Source: an uncultured Gemmatimonadales bacterium (lineage in GTDB: Bacteria > Gemmatimonadota > Gemmatimonadetes > Longimicrobiales > Gaopeijiaceae). Taken from it: 64,000 bases of DNA. Positions 21,451-31,280 of this stretch are shown here, piece after piece. The stretch covers positions 1,600,001 to 1,664,000 of the forward strand of contig CAWELD010000003.1 in assembly GCA_963809895.1 (NCBI GenBank), in the 5' to 3' direction. A model generated the notes under the pieces. It saw only the letters and a program-made list of their open reading frames with translations, was not told the origin of the DNA and did not search any database. The number at the start of each line of letters is the position of its first letter. Position 1 is the stretch's first letter. The position numbers and the translations under genes were made by a program.

Positions 21451-22041
21451 CTAACCAACCTGTCCGGGGCGGATCCGACGGAGGGCGCGGGTAAGGCCGA
21501 GCGCCACGAGAACCTTGGCGAGGTCCCCGAGAAGGAAGGGGAGCGCCGCCTGGGCCAGCACGGTGCGCAGGTCCTCCCGCGTGAGGATCCACAGCTGGGC
21601 GATGCCGCCCATGTAGATGATCGCCACCCCCGCCACCAGCGCCGCGAACAGCCGCGGGGCATTCCGCGACGAGCCGGCCAGCACGCCCACGACGAACGCC
21701 GCCGCGGGGTAGGCCAGCAGGTAGCCGCCGGTGGGCCCCATGAGCCAGGGAAGGCCGGCATGCCCGGCGGAGAATACCGGAGCTCCCCCCGCCCCCAGCG
21801 CGAGATAGCCCGCCATGGCCGTGGCGCCGCCCCAGGGCCCCAGCAGCGTGCCGGACAAAAGGACGAAGAGCACCTGCAGCGTCACCGGTACCGGCGTGAG
21901 CTGTGGCAGCGGTACCGCCACGTAGGCCCCTGCCGCCGTTCCCACGATGAAGGCCACGATCCCCAGCGCCAGGATCACGCGGCGGCCCGGGGCGTGAGCA
22001 CGAAGATCCGTGAGGCGGGCGGTGTCGGGCAGGCTGCTCAT
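21451..22041 (-). CDS. bioY: biotin transporter BioY
   Basis: PVPVTLQ, GAPVF, GPTGGYL, PFLLGDLAK; AAGGAG SD. Confidence 0.92.
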   Translation of the reverse strand: MSSLPDTARLTDLRAHAPGRRVILALGIVAFIVGTAAGAYVAVPLPQLTPVPVTLQVLFVLLSGTLLGPWGGATAMAGYLALGAGGAPVFSAGHAGLPWLMGPTGGYLLAYPAAAFVVGVLAGSSRNAPRLFAALVAGVAIIYMGGIAQLWILTREDLRTVLAQAALPFLLGDLAKVLVALGLTRALRRIRPGQVG

Positions 22042-22081
22042 GCGGCTCCTTTCTCGGTGGAGTGCGGGGGGAATAGCGCTG

Positions 22082-23294
22082 TCAGACCTTCTCGACCGAC
22101 AGGGCGACGGCATTGCCGCCGCCGAGGCAGAGGGTGGCGAGACCGGTGTCCACGCCACGGTCCTCCATGGCGTAGAGAAGCGTGATGAGGATACGGGCTC
22201 CGGACGCCCCGATGGGGTGGCCCAGCGCCACGGCGCCGCCGTTCACGTTCACCCGGGCCTCGTCCATTCCCAGGGCACGCATGTCTGCGATGGCCTGAAC
22301 GGCGAAGGCTTCGTTCACCTCGATGAGACCGTAGTCGTCCATGGAGGCACCGGTCTTCTCCATCAGGTTGCGCACGGCGGCGATGGGCGCGAAGAAGAGA
22401 TCCTTCGGCTCGGTGCCGCCCGAGGCGTAGCCGGTGATCACGGCCTGGATGTCCAGCCCGTTGGCCTCGGCGTACTCCTGCGAGCAGACGATGAGCGCGG
22501 CGGCTCCGTCGTTGAGTCCCGGCGCGTTGCCGGCGGTCACCACCAGGTTCTCGATGTCCGACGGCGCGTCGTTGGGGAACGCCGGACGCAGGCGGCCCAG
22601 CGCCTCCAGCGAGGTGTCGCGTCGGGGACCCTCGTCGGTGTCCACGACGGTGTCGCCCTTGCGGCCCTTGATGGTCACGGGGACGATCTCGCCGTCGAAC
22701 TTGCCGGCATCCATGGCCGCGATCGCCTTCTGGTGCGAACGCAGCGAGAAGGTGTCGGCGTCCTCGCGGGTCACACCGGCCTTGGCAGCCGTGTATTCGG
22801 CGTGGCCGCCCATGTGGCAGTTTCCGAAGGAGCACCACAACCCGTCGTGGATGAGACCGTCCACCAGCTTCTGATCGCCGAACTTCACCCCGGAGCGCAG
22901 ACCCCGGAGGTAGTACGGGACGTTGGACATGGATTCCATGCCGCCGGCCACGGCCATGCGGATGTCGCCGGCCTTGATGGCCTGGGCGGCGAGCATGACG
23001 GCCTTGAGTCCCGAGCCGCACACCTTGTTGATGGTGACGGCGGGAACCGTCGCGGGCACGCCGCCGTGGATCGCGGCCTGACGGGCGGGAGCCTGACCCC
23101 CGCCACCCTGCACGACGTTGCCGAGGATGACCTCGTCGATGTCGCCTGGTGTCGATGCCTGCACGCTCGATCGCGGCACGCACGGCCACGGCGCCGAGAT
23201 CGGCCGCCGTCAGGGGTGAGAGTCCGCCCAGGAAGCGGCCCACCGGAGTCCGGGCGCCGCTCACGATGACAGGGGTACGTGACTTGTCACTCAT
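22082..23294 (-). CDS. acetyl-CoA C-acetyltransferase (thiolase), split by one extra base at ~23150
   Basis: N-terminus ([12 protein letters not shown]) is in one frame, the rest ([25 protein letters not shown]) in another. Confidence 0.93.
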
Positions 23295-23374
23295 GTATCT
23301 CTACCGGCTGGATTTCTGCGGCGGGAGGCTCCGCTGTGGCGAGCATCTGAAAATAGGCCAAATCGGGTCTCGGG

Positions 23375-24283
23375 TCAGCCCTCCGGAGCCTCGTCGCTCT
23401 CATCCCGCAGCGCCGGTCGGTCGCTGTCCGGGTCCAGACGCCCCCACGGAACGTCTGCATCGTGCTGGAAGACGAGCAGCCAGTCGCCCCGGTGTGCCTG
23501 CGCCCACAGCCCCGTCTTGGACTCCAGGGTGACCAGCGGCTCGAGGTCGTAGCCCATGATCCACGGCAGCGGAAGGTGCGCCGACGTGGGGCACACGTCG
23601 GCGAGGAAGCACGCCGTCTCGCCGTCGCTCTCCACCAGAACCGAGTGGTGGTGGGGCGTGTGGCCCGGCGTGGGCAGGACGCGCACACCCTCCGTCACCT
23701 CGGCGGGGCCCTCGACGAAACGCCACAGCCCGGCGTCGGCTACAGGATCGAAGTTGTGCCCCAGATAGCTGGCCCGGATGCGTGGGTTGTTCCGGTGGGC
23801 GAAGTCGAACTCGCCCCGCTGCACCACGTACGACGCGTCGGGAAAGGTCGGACGTACGTCGCCGTCCTCGGTGCGCACCGTGTCTCCGCCGGCGTGATCG
23901 AAGTGGAGGTGCGTGTTCAGGACGATGTCCACGTCGCCGGGCTGGAAGCCCGCGGCCCGGATGGCGTCCTCGAGGCGCGTGGGATCACCTTCGTTGTCCA
24001 CGCCGAAGATCTCCCGGAAGCGCGCGTCCTCCTTGTTGCCGATCCCGGTGTCCACGAGCACGAGCGCCGAGGGCGCCTCCACGAGAAGGCAACGGAGCGC
24101 CAGTGGGATGCGGTTGCGGTCGTCGGAGGGAATGCGCCGCTCCCACAGCGGCTTGGGCACGACCCCGAACATGGCGCCGCCGTCCAGCCATTGGAGACCC
24201 GCCTCCAGCGCGTGGAGCGTGATGCGGCCCACGCGTGTGGTGCGGACCAGCGGAAGGTCGGCCGCGTGTCTCGTCGGGGTCAT
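23375..24283 (-). CDS. MBL-fold metallo-hydrolase (YtnP-like)
   Basis: LDGGAMFGVVPKPLW, THLHFDHAGG, GHTPHH. Confidence 0.9.
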   Translation of the reverse strand: MTPTRHAADLPLVRTTRVGRITLHALEAGLQWLDGGAMFGVVPKPLWERRIPSDDRNRIPLALRCLLVEAPSALVLVDTGIGNKEDARFREIFGVDNEGDPTRLEDAIRAAGFQPGDVDIVLNTHLHFDHAGGDTVRTEDGDVRPTFPDASYVVQRGEFDFAHRNNPRIRASYLGHNFDPVADAGLWRFVEGPAEVTEGVRVLPTPGHTPHHHSVLVESDGETACFLADVCPTSAHLPLPWIMGYDLEPLVTLESKTGLWAQAHRGDWLLVFQHDADVPWGRLDPDSDRPALRDESDEAPEG

Positions 24284-25095
24284 GGCGCCTCGCGGGGTGG
24301 TGGACGGCGGCGGCGGCGGGCCCGACCTCGAAGCACGCGCCGGAGCGTGTCCAGATCGTGGATGCCCTGCTGCCCCGCCTCGTCCAGGAGCCGCACCAGG
24401 ATGCGAGCCGTGGCCACGGCATCGCCCAACGCCCGATGACGGCCCTGGATGGGCACGCCGAAATAGGCCGCCAGCGCATCCAGGTTCCGGCGACGCAGCC
24501 GGGGCAGGAGGCCGCGGGCCAACTGCACGGTGCACAGCGTGGGACCCAGCGACGCGTCACCCAGCGCGTGAATCAGCTCCTGCCTCACGAAGCGGCGATC
24601 GAATGCCGCGTTGTGGGCCACGAACACGCGTCCCTGGAGCCGGTCCGCGATCTCGGGGGCCACATGCTCGAAGAAGGGTGCCGCGGACACCATCTGGCGG
24701 GTGATCCCGGTGAGGGCGGTCACCACGGGTGGAATGGTCCGCCCGGGATTCACCAGGGTGCTGAACTCGCCGGCCAACGCCCCGTCCACGACCTCCACCA
24801 CGGCGATCTCGGTGATGCGGTGTCCGCTGCCCGGTGACCCTCCGGTGGTCTCCACGTCCACGACGGCGTAGTCGAGGCGCCCCAGGGGTGGGCCCAGGGG
24901 ACCCTCTTCCATGGCCCACACGCCCGCGGCGTCCACATGGAAGCGGGGGTCCGTGCCCAGAAGGGCGAAGACGGCGGCCGACGCGGCTCCCGGGTGGCCC
25001 TCGAGTCCGAGCACCTCGCGCGCCAGGGCGAGGGTGTGGGTGGGGCCGGTCTTGAGTCGCTCGGCGACGCGCTGGACCAGGCTCGCGCCGCTCAC
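24280..25095 (-). CDS. DEDDh 3'-5' exonuclease (DnaQ-like) with N-terminal winged-helix-like region
   Basis: VVDVETTG, VAHNAAFD, HRALGDA. Confidence 0.9.
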   Translation of the reverse strand: MSGASLVQRVAERLKTGPTHTLALAREVLGLEGHPGAASAAVFALLGTDPRFHVDAAGVWAMEEGPLGPPLGRLDYAVVDVETTGGSPGSGHRITEIAVVEVVDGALAGEFSTLVNPGRTIPPVVTALTGITRQMVSAAPFFEHVAPEIADRLQGRVFVAHNAAFDRRFVRQELIHALGDASLGPTLCTVQLARGLLPRLRRRNLDALAAYFGVPIQGRHRALGDAVATARILVRLLDEAGQQGIHDLDTLRRVLRGRARRRRRPPPREAP

Positions 25096-25727
25096 CGCAC
25101 GGCGTCGGGGTGGGTGAGCTCGAAGGACAGCGCCTCCAGCTCCATGACCATGTTCACGTCCTGGACGGCCACCTCGGGCGGGACCCGGAGCTGGGTGGGC
25201 GCGAAGTTCAGGATTCCCCGGACCCCGACCGCCACGGCCCGATCCGCCAGCTCCTGCGCCGCCTCGGACGGCACGGCCAGGATGAGCACCTCCACGGCCT
25301 CGCGCCGAACCACGTCTTCCAGCGCGGCGGCATCCTCCACCGCCACGTCGCCCCAGCGACCACCGACCTTGGCCGGATCGGCGTCCAGCACCGTGACGAT
25401 GTCGAAGCCCCGTCGGCGGAAGTCGGCGTACTCGAAGAGCGCGGAGCCGATGCGTCCAGCCCCCACCAGGGCCACGCGCCAGCTCCTGTTCAGGCCCAGG
25501 ATGGCGCGCAGGTGCTCGGCGAGGTCGGACACCCGGTATCCCAGCCCCCGCTTGCCGAACGACCCGAACAGGGAGAGGTCCTTGCGAACCTGCGCCGCGG
25601 TGGTGCCCGCCCGCCCCGCGAGGACCTCGCTGGAGACGGTGTCGGCACCCCTCCGCCCCAACTGTTCGAGGATGCGGAGGTAGTGTGAAAGCCGACGAAC
25701 CGTGGAATCCGAAACCTTGCGCGACAC
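25092..25727 (-). CDS. rex: redox-sensing transcriptional repressor Rex
   Basis: STVRRLSHY, QVRKDLSLFGSFGKRGLGY, GAGRIG, ILNFAP; alternative start 25763. Confidence 0.96.
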   Translation of the reverse strand: MSRKVSDSTVRRLSHYLRILEQLGRRGADTVSSEVLAGRAGTTAAQVRKDLSLFGSFGKRGLGYRVSDLAEHLRAILGLNRSWRVALVGAGRIGSALFEYADFRRRGFDIVTVLDADPAKVGGRWGDVAVEDAAALEDVVRREAVEVLILAVPSEAAQELADRAVAVGVRGILNFAPTQLRVPPEVAVQDVNMVMELEALSFELTHPDAVR

Positions 25728-25809
25728 GAAAAAGGCGTCCTGCAGAAGTACACCCGACCGCACCCACCACCACGTAGGATCCGGGCCGGTCGTAGACCCG
25801 CATCCCTGC

Positions 25810-25827
25810 TTGTGAAAAGCGTCACAA
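25810..25827. promoter_or_regulatory. Rex operator
   Basis: TTGTGAAAAGCGTCACAA matches TTGTGAA-N4-TTCACAA at 13 of 14 positions. Confidence 0.85.
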
Positions 25828-25855
25828 AGCTAGCCTGGCCGCGGGGTTCGGGCAA
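25827..25855 (-). promoter_or_regulatory. sigma70-type promoter of rex
   Basis: TTGCCC-17 bp-TAGCTT abutting the Rex box. Confidence 0.65.
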
Positions 25856-25881
25856 CGCACCGCACCGGCGAGCGGACCGGC

Positions 25882-26682
25882 TCACCGGCTCCCGGCAACC
25901 TCCCGCGCCAGGGCCAGGAGCTCCGACGGAGCGAAGGTCTCGGGCCGGCGCGTGAAGTCCAGCGCGAGCCCGTCGGCCAATTCCCGGACCCGGTCACGGG
26001 CGAGATCCAGATCCGGATGGTCCCGCAGGATCTTCTGCATCTGCTTGCGACGCCACTGGAAGCTCGCCCGCGTCAGGATCCGCAGCGCCTCTTCGTCACC
26101 GACGCTGAGCCGAGGAGGGTGGTGCGGGACGATCTCCACGACGGCGGAGTCCACGTTGGGTACCGGACGAAAGGCGTTGCGGGACACCCCGAAGCACAGA
26201 CGAGCGCTTGCGACGCTCTGCACGCCCACGGCCAGGGCACCGTACGCCGAGGTGCCCGCCTCTGCGACGATGCGATGGGCGACCTCGGCCTGCACCATGA
26301 GCACGATGCGGCGCGGCCGCGGGCGAGCCAGGAGGTGGAAGAGGATGGGCGTGGTGATGTTGTAGGGGATGTTGCCCACCACGAGGAGCTCGGCCACGTC
26401 GGGGATCCGCTCCGCCAGTGGCACGCGCAGGATGTCGTCGTGATGCACCACCACGTCGGGCCGGGCGCCGAAGCGAGCGTCGAGCTCCGTCGCCAGCTCG
26501 TCGTCCAGCTCCACCAGGTCCAACCGTCGCACGGTGCCCGCGAGATGCCCGGTCAGCGCACCGCGCCCGGGACCGATCTCCAATACGTGATCCCCGGGCC
26601 CCGCCGCCAGCGCCTCCACGATCTTCCGCTGGAGGTTGCCGTCGACCAGGAAGTTCTGGCCCAGCGAACGCTTGGCCCGCAT
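25882..26682 (-). CDS. rsmA: 16S rRNA m6,2A dimethyltransferase
   Basis: KRSLGQNFL, EIGPGRG, GNIPYNIT, FRPVPNVDS. Confidence 0.97.
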   Translation of the reverse strand: MRAKRSLGQNFLVDGNLQRKIVEALAAGPGDHVLEIGPGRGALTGHLAGTVRRLDLVELDDELATELDARFGARPDVVVHHDDILRVPLAERIPDVAELLVVGNIPYNITTPILFHLLARPRPRRIVLMVQAEVAHRIVAEAGTSAYGALAVGVQSVASARLCFGVSRNAFRPVPNVDSAVVEIVPHHPPRLSVGDEEALRILTRASFQWRRKQMQKILRDHPDLDLARDRVRELADGLALDFTRRPETFAPSELLALAREVAGSR

Positions 26683-26689
26683 GTCCCGG

Positions 26690-28276
26690 TCAGGGACCGG
26701 CGAGGATGACGGCCGTGCGGTCGTCAGGGGGGATCGTGGGACGGGCGTCCCTGGCCAGGACGAAGAGGGCGTCGACGATCTCCGCCGGCGAACGCTTGCA
26801 ATTCGCGGCCACCGTCTCGAGGAGAAGGGCCTCCCCGTCCGGAGAGCCGCCCGTGGCGAGAATGTCCGACAGCCCGTCGGTGAACAGCAACACCAGGTCG
26901 GTCGCCGGATTCCAGTCGCGGCGCTCCTCGCCGTAGGCGTCGGGGCCGGCGATGCCCACCGGAGGGTCGGTCGCCAGGAGTCGTGTGGCGTCGCCGGCGC
27001 CGTCCACCACGAATGCGTGGGGATGGCCGGCGTTGCTGTAGGTCAGCGTGCCTGCCGCGGGATCCACCACCACGTACACCAGCGACAGATACATCTCGGT
27101 GGTCTCCAGCTCGTCGCGGAGCGCGTCGTCGAGGTGGCGAAGCACCTTGGCCGGGGCGGCGAACTCCGATGCGTAGATGGTGGCCGCGCTCATGGTCAGC
27201 GCCATGATGAGCGCCGCCGGGAACCCGTGTCCCGAGACGTCGCCCACCATGATCCCCACGCGACCCTCGGACAGCCGGAAGACCTGATAGAAGTCCCCCC
27301 CGACCATCTCGGCGGGCTCGACGCGGGCCGCGAGACGGACCCCGTCCAGCCGATCCACCGTGGGCAGGAGCTTCATCTGGAGGTTGTGGGCCAGCTCCAT
27401 CTCCCGGGCCATGCGCTCCCGGGCCAGGCTCTGACGGATCAGCCGATTGTTCTCCAGCGCGGCGCCCACCTGGCTGGCGATGGCGCTCAGGAGCTTCTGG
27501 TCCGAGGCCGTGAAGCGCCCACCGTGGCGCCGTCCGATGAGGTTGATGACCCCCACCGTGCGGGCGCGTCCCTCGGGTGGCGTGTACCGGATCGGCACGG
27601 ACAGGACCGTGTCGGAGCGGTCCAGCTCGACCCCCGGCATGGCTTCGGCCTTGAGCGCGCTCTCGCTGGAGATGAGGGGGCGCCCGTCGCGAAAGACCCT
27701 GGCCGTGAGGGCCCGGTCGTCGTCGACCGGGATGGGATCCCGCAGCCCTCCCTCCCCCACCGAGGCCACCAGGTTCAGTACCCGCCCGTCGGGATCGTGG
27801 ACCCAGAGCGAGCCTCGGCGCGCACCGAGGACGTCGCAGACTTCGGTCAGGATGTTGCGCGCCGCCTCCTCGAGCCGGAGGATCGAGCCCAGCGTCTCGC
27901 TGATGGAGTAGAGGAGGTTGATTTCCTCGTAGCGCTCGGAGAGCTCGAAGGTGAAGAAGCGGACCTCCTGTGCGAAGTCCAGCGTCCGCTCCAGCGTGAT
28001 GCCTACGAGATCCGCCATGGCCTCCGGGTCGCCGCCGTCCAGGGCCCGCACTTCGAGCTCGAGCTGAGAGCCGTCTCGCGGCTGGAGCATGCGGAGCCGC
28101 GCCCGGGCGACGCCGTCGGCGAACACCGAGCCGTCGTCGGGATAGACCGGGATCCGCCCCCGACCCTCCTCCACGCGCCAGAGGCGGAGATCCAGGCGAA
28201 GATGCGTTCGGAGGTCGTCCAGCGTCTGGCGAGCGGACTCGGGCAGGGGGAGTCGGCGTAGCCGCTCCGGCGTCAT
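26690..28276 (-). CDS. GAF + SpoIIE/PP2C phosphatase (RsbU-like)
   Basis: GAF region, VGGDFY, GDVSGHG, NAGHP, FTDGL, DDRT. Confidence 0.9.
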   Translation of the reverse strand: MTPERLRRLPLPESARQTLDDLRTHLRLDLRLWRVEEGRGRIPVYPDDGSVFADGVARARLRMLQPRDGSQLELEVRALDGGDPEAMADLVGITLERTLDFAQEVRFFTFELSERYEEINLLYSISETLGSILRLEEAARNILTEVCDVLGARRGSLWVHDPDGRVLNLVASVGEGGLRDPIPVDDDRALTARVFRDGRPLISSESALKAEAMPGVELDRSDTVLSVPIRYTPPEGRARTVGVINLIGRRHGGRFTASDQKLLSAIASQVGAALENNRLIRQSLARERMAREMELAHNLQMKLLPTVDRLDGVRLAARVEPAEMVGGDFYQVFRLSEGRVGIMVGDVSGHGFPAALIMALTMSAATIYASEFAAPAKVLRHLDDALRDELETTEMYLSLVYVVVDPAAGTLTYSNAGHPHAFVVDGAGDATRLLATDPPVGIAGPDAYGEERRDWNPATDLVLLFTDGLSDILATGGSPDGEALLLETVAANCKRSPAEIVDALFVLARDARPTIPPDDRTAVILAGP

Positions 28277-28710
28277 GCGAGCGCCGCCCCACCCAGCTCG
28301 GTCGACTCCAGGCGGAGCACCAATGTCACCGAATTGCCGAGGTCGTTGTAGCGGACCTCGTCCAGAAGCTCGCGCATGAGAAACAGCCCGCGTCCGCCGG
28401 CGCGGGTGAGGTTCTCCGGCGTGGTGGGATCGGGCACCCCGTCGGGGTCGAAGCCCGTGCCCTCGTCGGTGACGCGCGCCGTGATGGCCACGGCGGATAC
28501 CACGATCTCGACACGTACGCGCTTGGAGGGATCCGCCGCGTTGCCGTACAGCATCGCGTTGGACAACGCCTCCGTGAGACCCACGCGGAAGTTCAGGCGA
28601 AGCTTACGCGCGTACTCGCTGCATTCCGTGCACCGTCGGACGACGTAGTCGACGGCGTGCGGAATCGCACGCAGGTCGTTGGGTAGCTCGAGGACCAGTT
28701 CCGTATCCAT
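28273..28710 (-). CDS. anti-sigma factor/Ser kinase (RsbW-like)
   Basis: EALSNAMLYGN, DEGTGFD, GGRGLFLM. Confidence 0.9.
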   Translation of the reverse strand: MDTELVLELPNDLRAIPHAVDYVVRRCTECSEYARKLRLNFRVGLTEALSNAMLYGNAADPSKRVRVEIVVSAVAITARVTDEGTGFDPDGVPDPTTPENLTRAGGRGLFLMRELLDEVRYNDLGNSVTLVLRLESTELGGAALA

Positions 28711-28760
28711 TCTCCGCCGCGAGGAGGGAACGATGCGGGACCGCGAGAGGGGATTTCCCC

Positions 28761-29093
28761 TCAGAAGCCTTCCAGGGCTTCTTCCCTGGAATCGGCGATC
28801 CTGAAAAGCGTGTCCAGCTTGGTCAACTCGAAGAGGGTCCTGAGATCCTCGTTCAGCGATGCGAGCCGGAGCTCACCCCCCTGCTCGCGGATCTTCTTGG
28901 ACAGGCTGACCAGCACACCCAATCCCGAAGAATCGATGTAGCCGGTGTTGGCGAAGTCGATGACGAATTTCCGATCGCCGGCTTCCAGCTCCTCCAGGAC
29001 CTTCTGCTTGAGCTCCTGGCGGTTGCCGACGATGAGTTGTCCGTCCACGTCGACGATGGTCACGTCGTTCTGCTTCACCACCGTGAAGGCCAT
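28761..29093 (-). CDS. STAS anti-anti-sigma factor (RsbV-like)
   Basis: YIDSSGLGVLV; GAGGA SD before ATG 29093. Confidence 0.92.
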   Translation of the reverse strand: MAFTVVKQNDVTIVDVDGQLIVGNRQELKQKVLEELEAGDRKFVIDFANTGYIDSSGLGVLVSLSKKIREQGGELRLASLNEDLRTLFELTKLDTLFRIADSREEALEGF

Positions 29094-29167
29094 GCCGTTC
29101 CTCCGCATCGGTCGAGCCCGGCCATGGGCCGGAAGAGCGGCCCAGGGGTGCGGGCCGGGACGTTCCA

Positions 29168-29197
29168 AGGATAGTCGAGGCGCCCCGTCCGGATCAA
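29168..29197 (-). promoter_or_regulatory. probable promoter of the STAS/anti-sigma/phosphatase genes
   Basis: TTGATC-18 bp-TATCCT. Confidence 0.5.
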
Positions 29198-29215
29198 GGA
29201 CGGCGGAACACCTGT

Positions 29216-30253
29216 TTATGTCGACGCCCCGGCAGACGGGTCCGGTGGGCCCCCCGCCAGGAGCGCCGTGATGCAGGCCACCTCGACGATGTCGGTGGCC
29301 GTCGCACCTCGCGAAAGATCGTTGCACGGGCGGCGGAGACCCTGCACGATGGGCCCCACGGCGGCGGCTCGCGCCAACCGCTGCGTGAGCTTGTAGCCGA
29401 TGTTGCCGGCATCGAGATCGGGAAACACCAGGACGTTGGCGTGGCCCGCCACAGCCGACCCCGGCGCCTTGCGGGCCGCCACCTCCAGGACGAGGGCCGC
29501 ATCGGCCTGCAGCTCGCCGTCGGCGGGAACCTCGGGCATGCGCTGCCGGAAGAGCTCCAGCGCCGCGCGCACCTTGTCCACCGACGGCCCCTCGGCGCTG
29601 CCGCGGGTGGCGTAGGAGAGGAAGGCCACGCGCGGCTCGTCGCCCACCACCTTGCGGCGGGCCCGGGCCGCCGCCACGGCGATGTCGGCGAGTTGCTCGG
29701 CGTCTGGATCCGGCACCACGGCTCCATCGGTGTAGGTGAGCACCTCGGAGCCTTCGCCCCTGAAGTCGGGCACCACCATGTAGAACGACGACGACACCGT
29801 GCGGATGCCCGGCGCGGGACCCACGCACCAGAATGCGGCCCGCATGACGTCGGCGGTGGCGTGGGCGGCACCGGCCACCGAGCCGTCCACCTCGCCCCTG
29901 CGCAACATGAGTGCGCCGCGGACCAGGGGGTCGGTCGCAGCGACCCGAGCCTGCTCCGGGGTCATGCCCTTGTGTGCCCGGGCCTCGAGCAGGGTGGCCG
30001 CGTAGGCGTCGACGTCGTCTCGGGGGTCGAGGATCGCAACGGCGTCCGCGTCGCCCCCCACCGAGGCCAGGCCCTTCCGGACCACCTCCGCCGGGCCCAG
30101 GAGCACGGGGCGCACGAGTCCGGCGCCGAGGAGCTCCACGGCCGCGGCCCACGTACGGGGGTCGTCGCCTTCGGGAAAGACCAGCGTACGATCCGCGGCG
30201 CGCGCCCGGGTGCGAATGGAGCGTTGAAACTGCGAGCCTTCGTCGTGGGTCAT
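29216..30253 (-). CDS. pta: phosphate acetyltransferase
   Basis: [34 protein letters not shown]. Confidence 0.92.
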   Translation of the reverse strand: MTHDEGSQFQRSIRTRARAADRTLVFPEGDDPRTWAAAVELLGAGLVRPVLLGPAEVVRKGLASVGGDADAVAILDPRDDVDAYAATLLEARAHKGMTPEQARVAATDPLVRGALMLRRGEVDGSVAGAAHATADVMRAAFWCVGPAPGIRTVSSSFYMVVPDFRGEGSEVLTYTDGAVVPDPDAEQLADIAVAAARARRKVVGDEPRVAFLSYATRGSAEGPSVDKVRAALELFRQRMPEVPADGELQADAALVLEVAARKAPGSAVAGHANVLVFPDLDAGNIGYKLTQRLARAAAVGPIVQGLRRPCNDLSRGATATDIVEVACITALLAGGPPDPSAGAST

Positions 30254-30756
30254 GCCGGCCCGCCGAACTTCTCCCGCAGCCTCGTCAGGACCGGGGGCGA
30301 CACGAACGCCGACACGTCCCCGCCGAGGCGCGCCACCTCGCGGACCAGCGAAGCGGACAGGAACGAGTAGTTCACGTCGGGCGTGAGAAAGAGCGTGTCG
30401 ATCTCGCTCCACAGCTCCTGGTTCATCTGCGCCATCTGGAACTCGTACTCGAAGTCCGACACCGCCCGCAGACCGCGAATCACGAAGTGGGCGTCGATAT
30501 CCCGACAGTAATCCACGAGCAGGCCCTGGAACTGGGTGCACTCCACCCGTGGATCCCCGGCGAAGACCTCGCCCAGCATCGCCAGGCGCTCTTCCACGCT
30601 GAAGAGGGTCTGCTTCTTCTGGGTCGCGGTGTGGGCCACGGCCACCACCACCCGGTCCGCGAAGCGCAGACAGCGTCGGGTGATGTCCTCGTGGCCCCGG
30701 GTGATGGGATCGAAGGAACCGGGGTAGACGGCGACGAGCGGACGGTCCGCGTTCAT
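30250..30756 (-). CDS. coaD: pantetheine-phosphate adenylyltransferase
   Basis: [24 protein letters not shown]. Confidence 0.97.
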   Translation of the reverse strand: MNADRPLVAVYPGSFDPITRGHEDITRRCLRFADRVVVAVAHTATQKKQTLFSVEERLAMLGEVFAGDPRVECTQFQGLLVDYCRDIDAHFVIRGLRAVSDFEYEFQMAQMNQELWSEIDTLFLTPDVNYSFLSASLVREVARLGGDVSAFVSPPVLTRLREKFGGPA

Positions 30757-31280
30757 GCGTCGGCAACCAGGATCGAGAGTGTGGTGTCCCCGTACCTGCG
30801 CTGGCGCAGGCCGGGAAGCGGGGGGAGTGCCTCGTCGGTACGATGCTCGACCCAGAGCTCGCGCGCAAAGGGCCGGCCTCGGTAGCGGCCCAGAACCTCG
30901 GCAGCCAGGCCGCGGCCGTAGGGAGGATCCGCCACCGCGAGATCGTAGGCGATTTCGGGAATGCCGTCCACGAAGGCCAGGGCGTCCTGTCTCACCACCC
31001 TCGACCCGGCTTCGGCACCGAGCAGGCGGATGTTGGCCTCCAGGACCCGGAGCGACGCGGGCGCCCGCTCCACGAAGGTGCAGTGCTCCGCCCCCCGGCT
31101 CAGACACTCGAGCCCGAGAGCTCCCGAGCCGGCGAACAGGTCCAGGACCCGGAGGCCGTCGAAGCGCCCCCCCATGGCGGACATCCACGCTTCGCGCACC
31201 CGGTCGGTGGTGGGACGCACCCCTCGACCCTGGAGGGGCGTCAGGCGCCGGCCCCTCCAGCTTCCCGCGATGATCCTCAT
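30753..31280 (-). CDS. rsmD: 16S rRNA m2G966 methyltransferase
   Basis: [27 protein letters not shown]. Confidence 0.95.
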   Translation of the reverse strand: MRIIAGSWRGRRLTPLQGRGVRPTTDRVREAWMSAMGGRFDGLRVLDLFAGSGALGLECLSRGAEHCTFVERAPASLRVLEANIRLLGAEAGSRVVRQDALAFVDGIPEIAYDLAVADPPYGRGLAAEVLGRYRGRPFARELWVEHRTDEALPPLPGLRQRRYGDTTLSILVADA

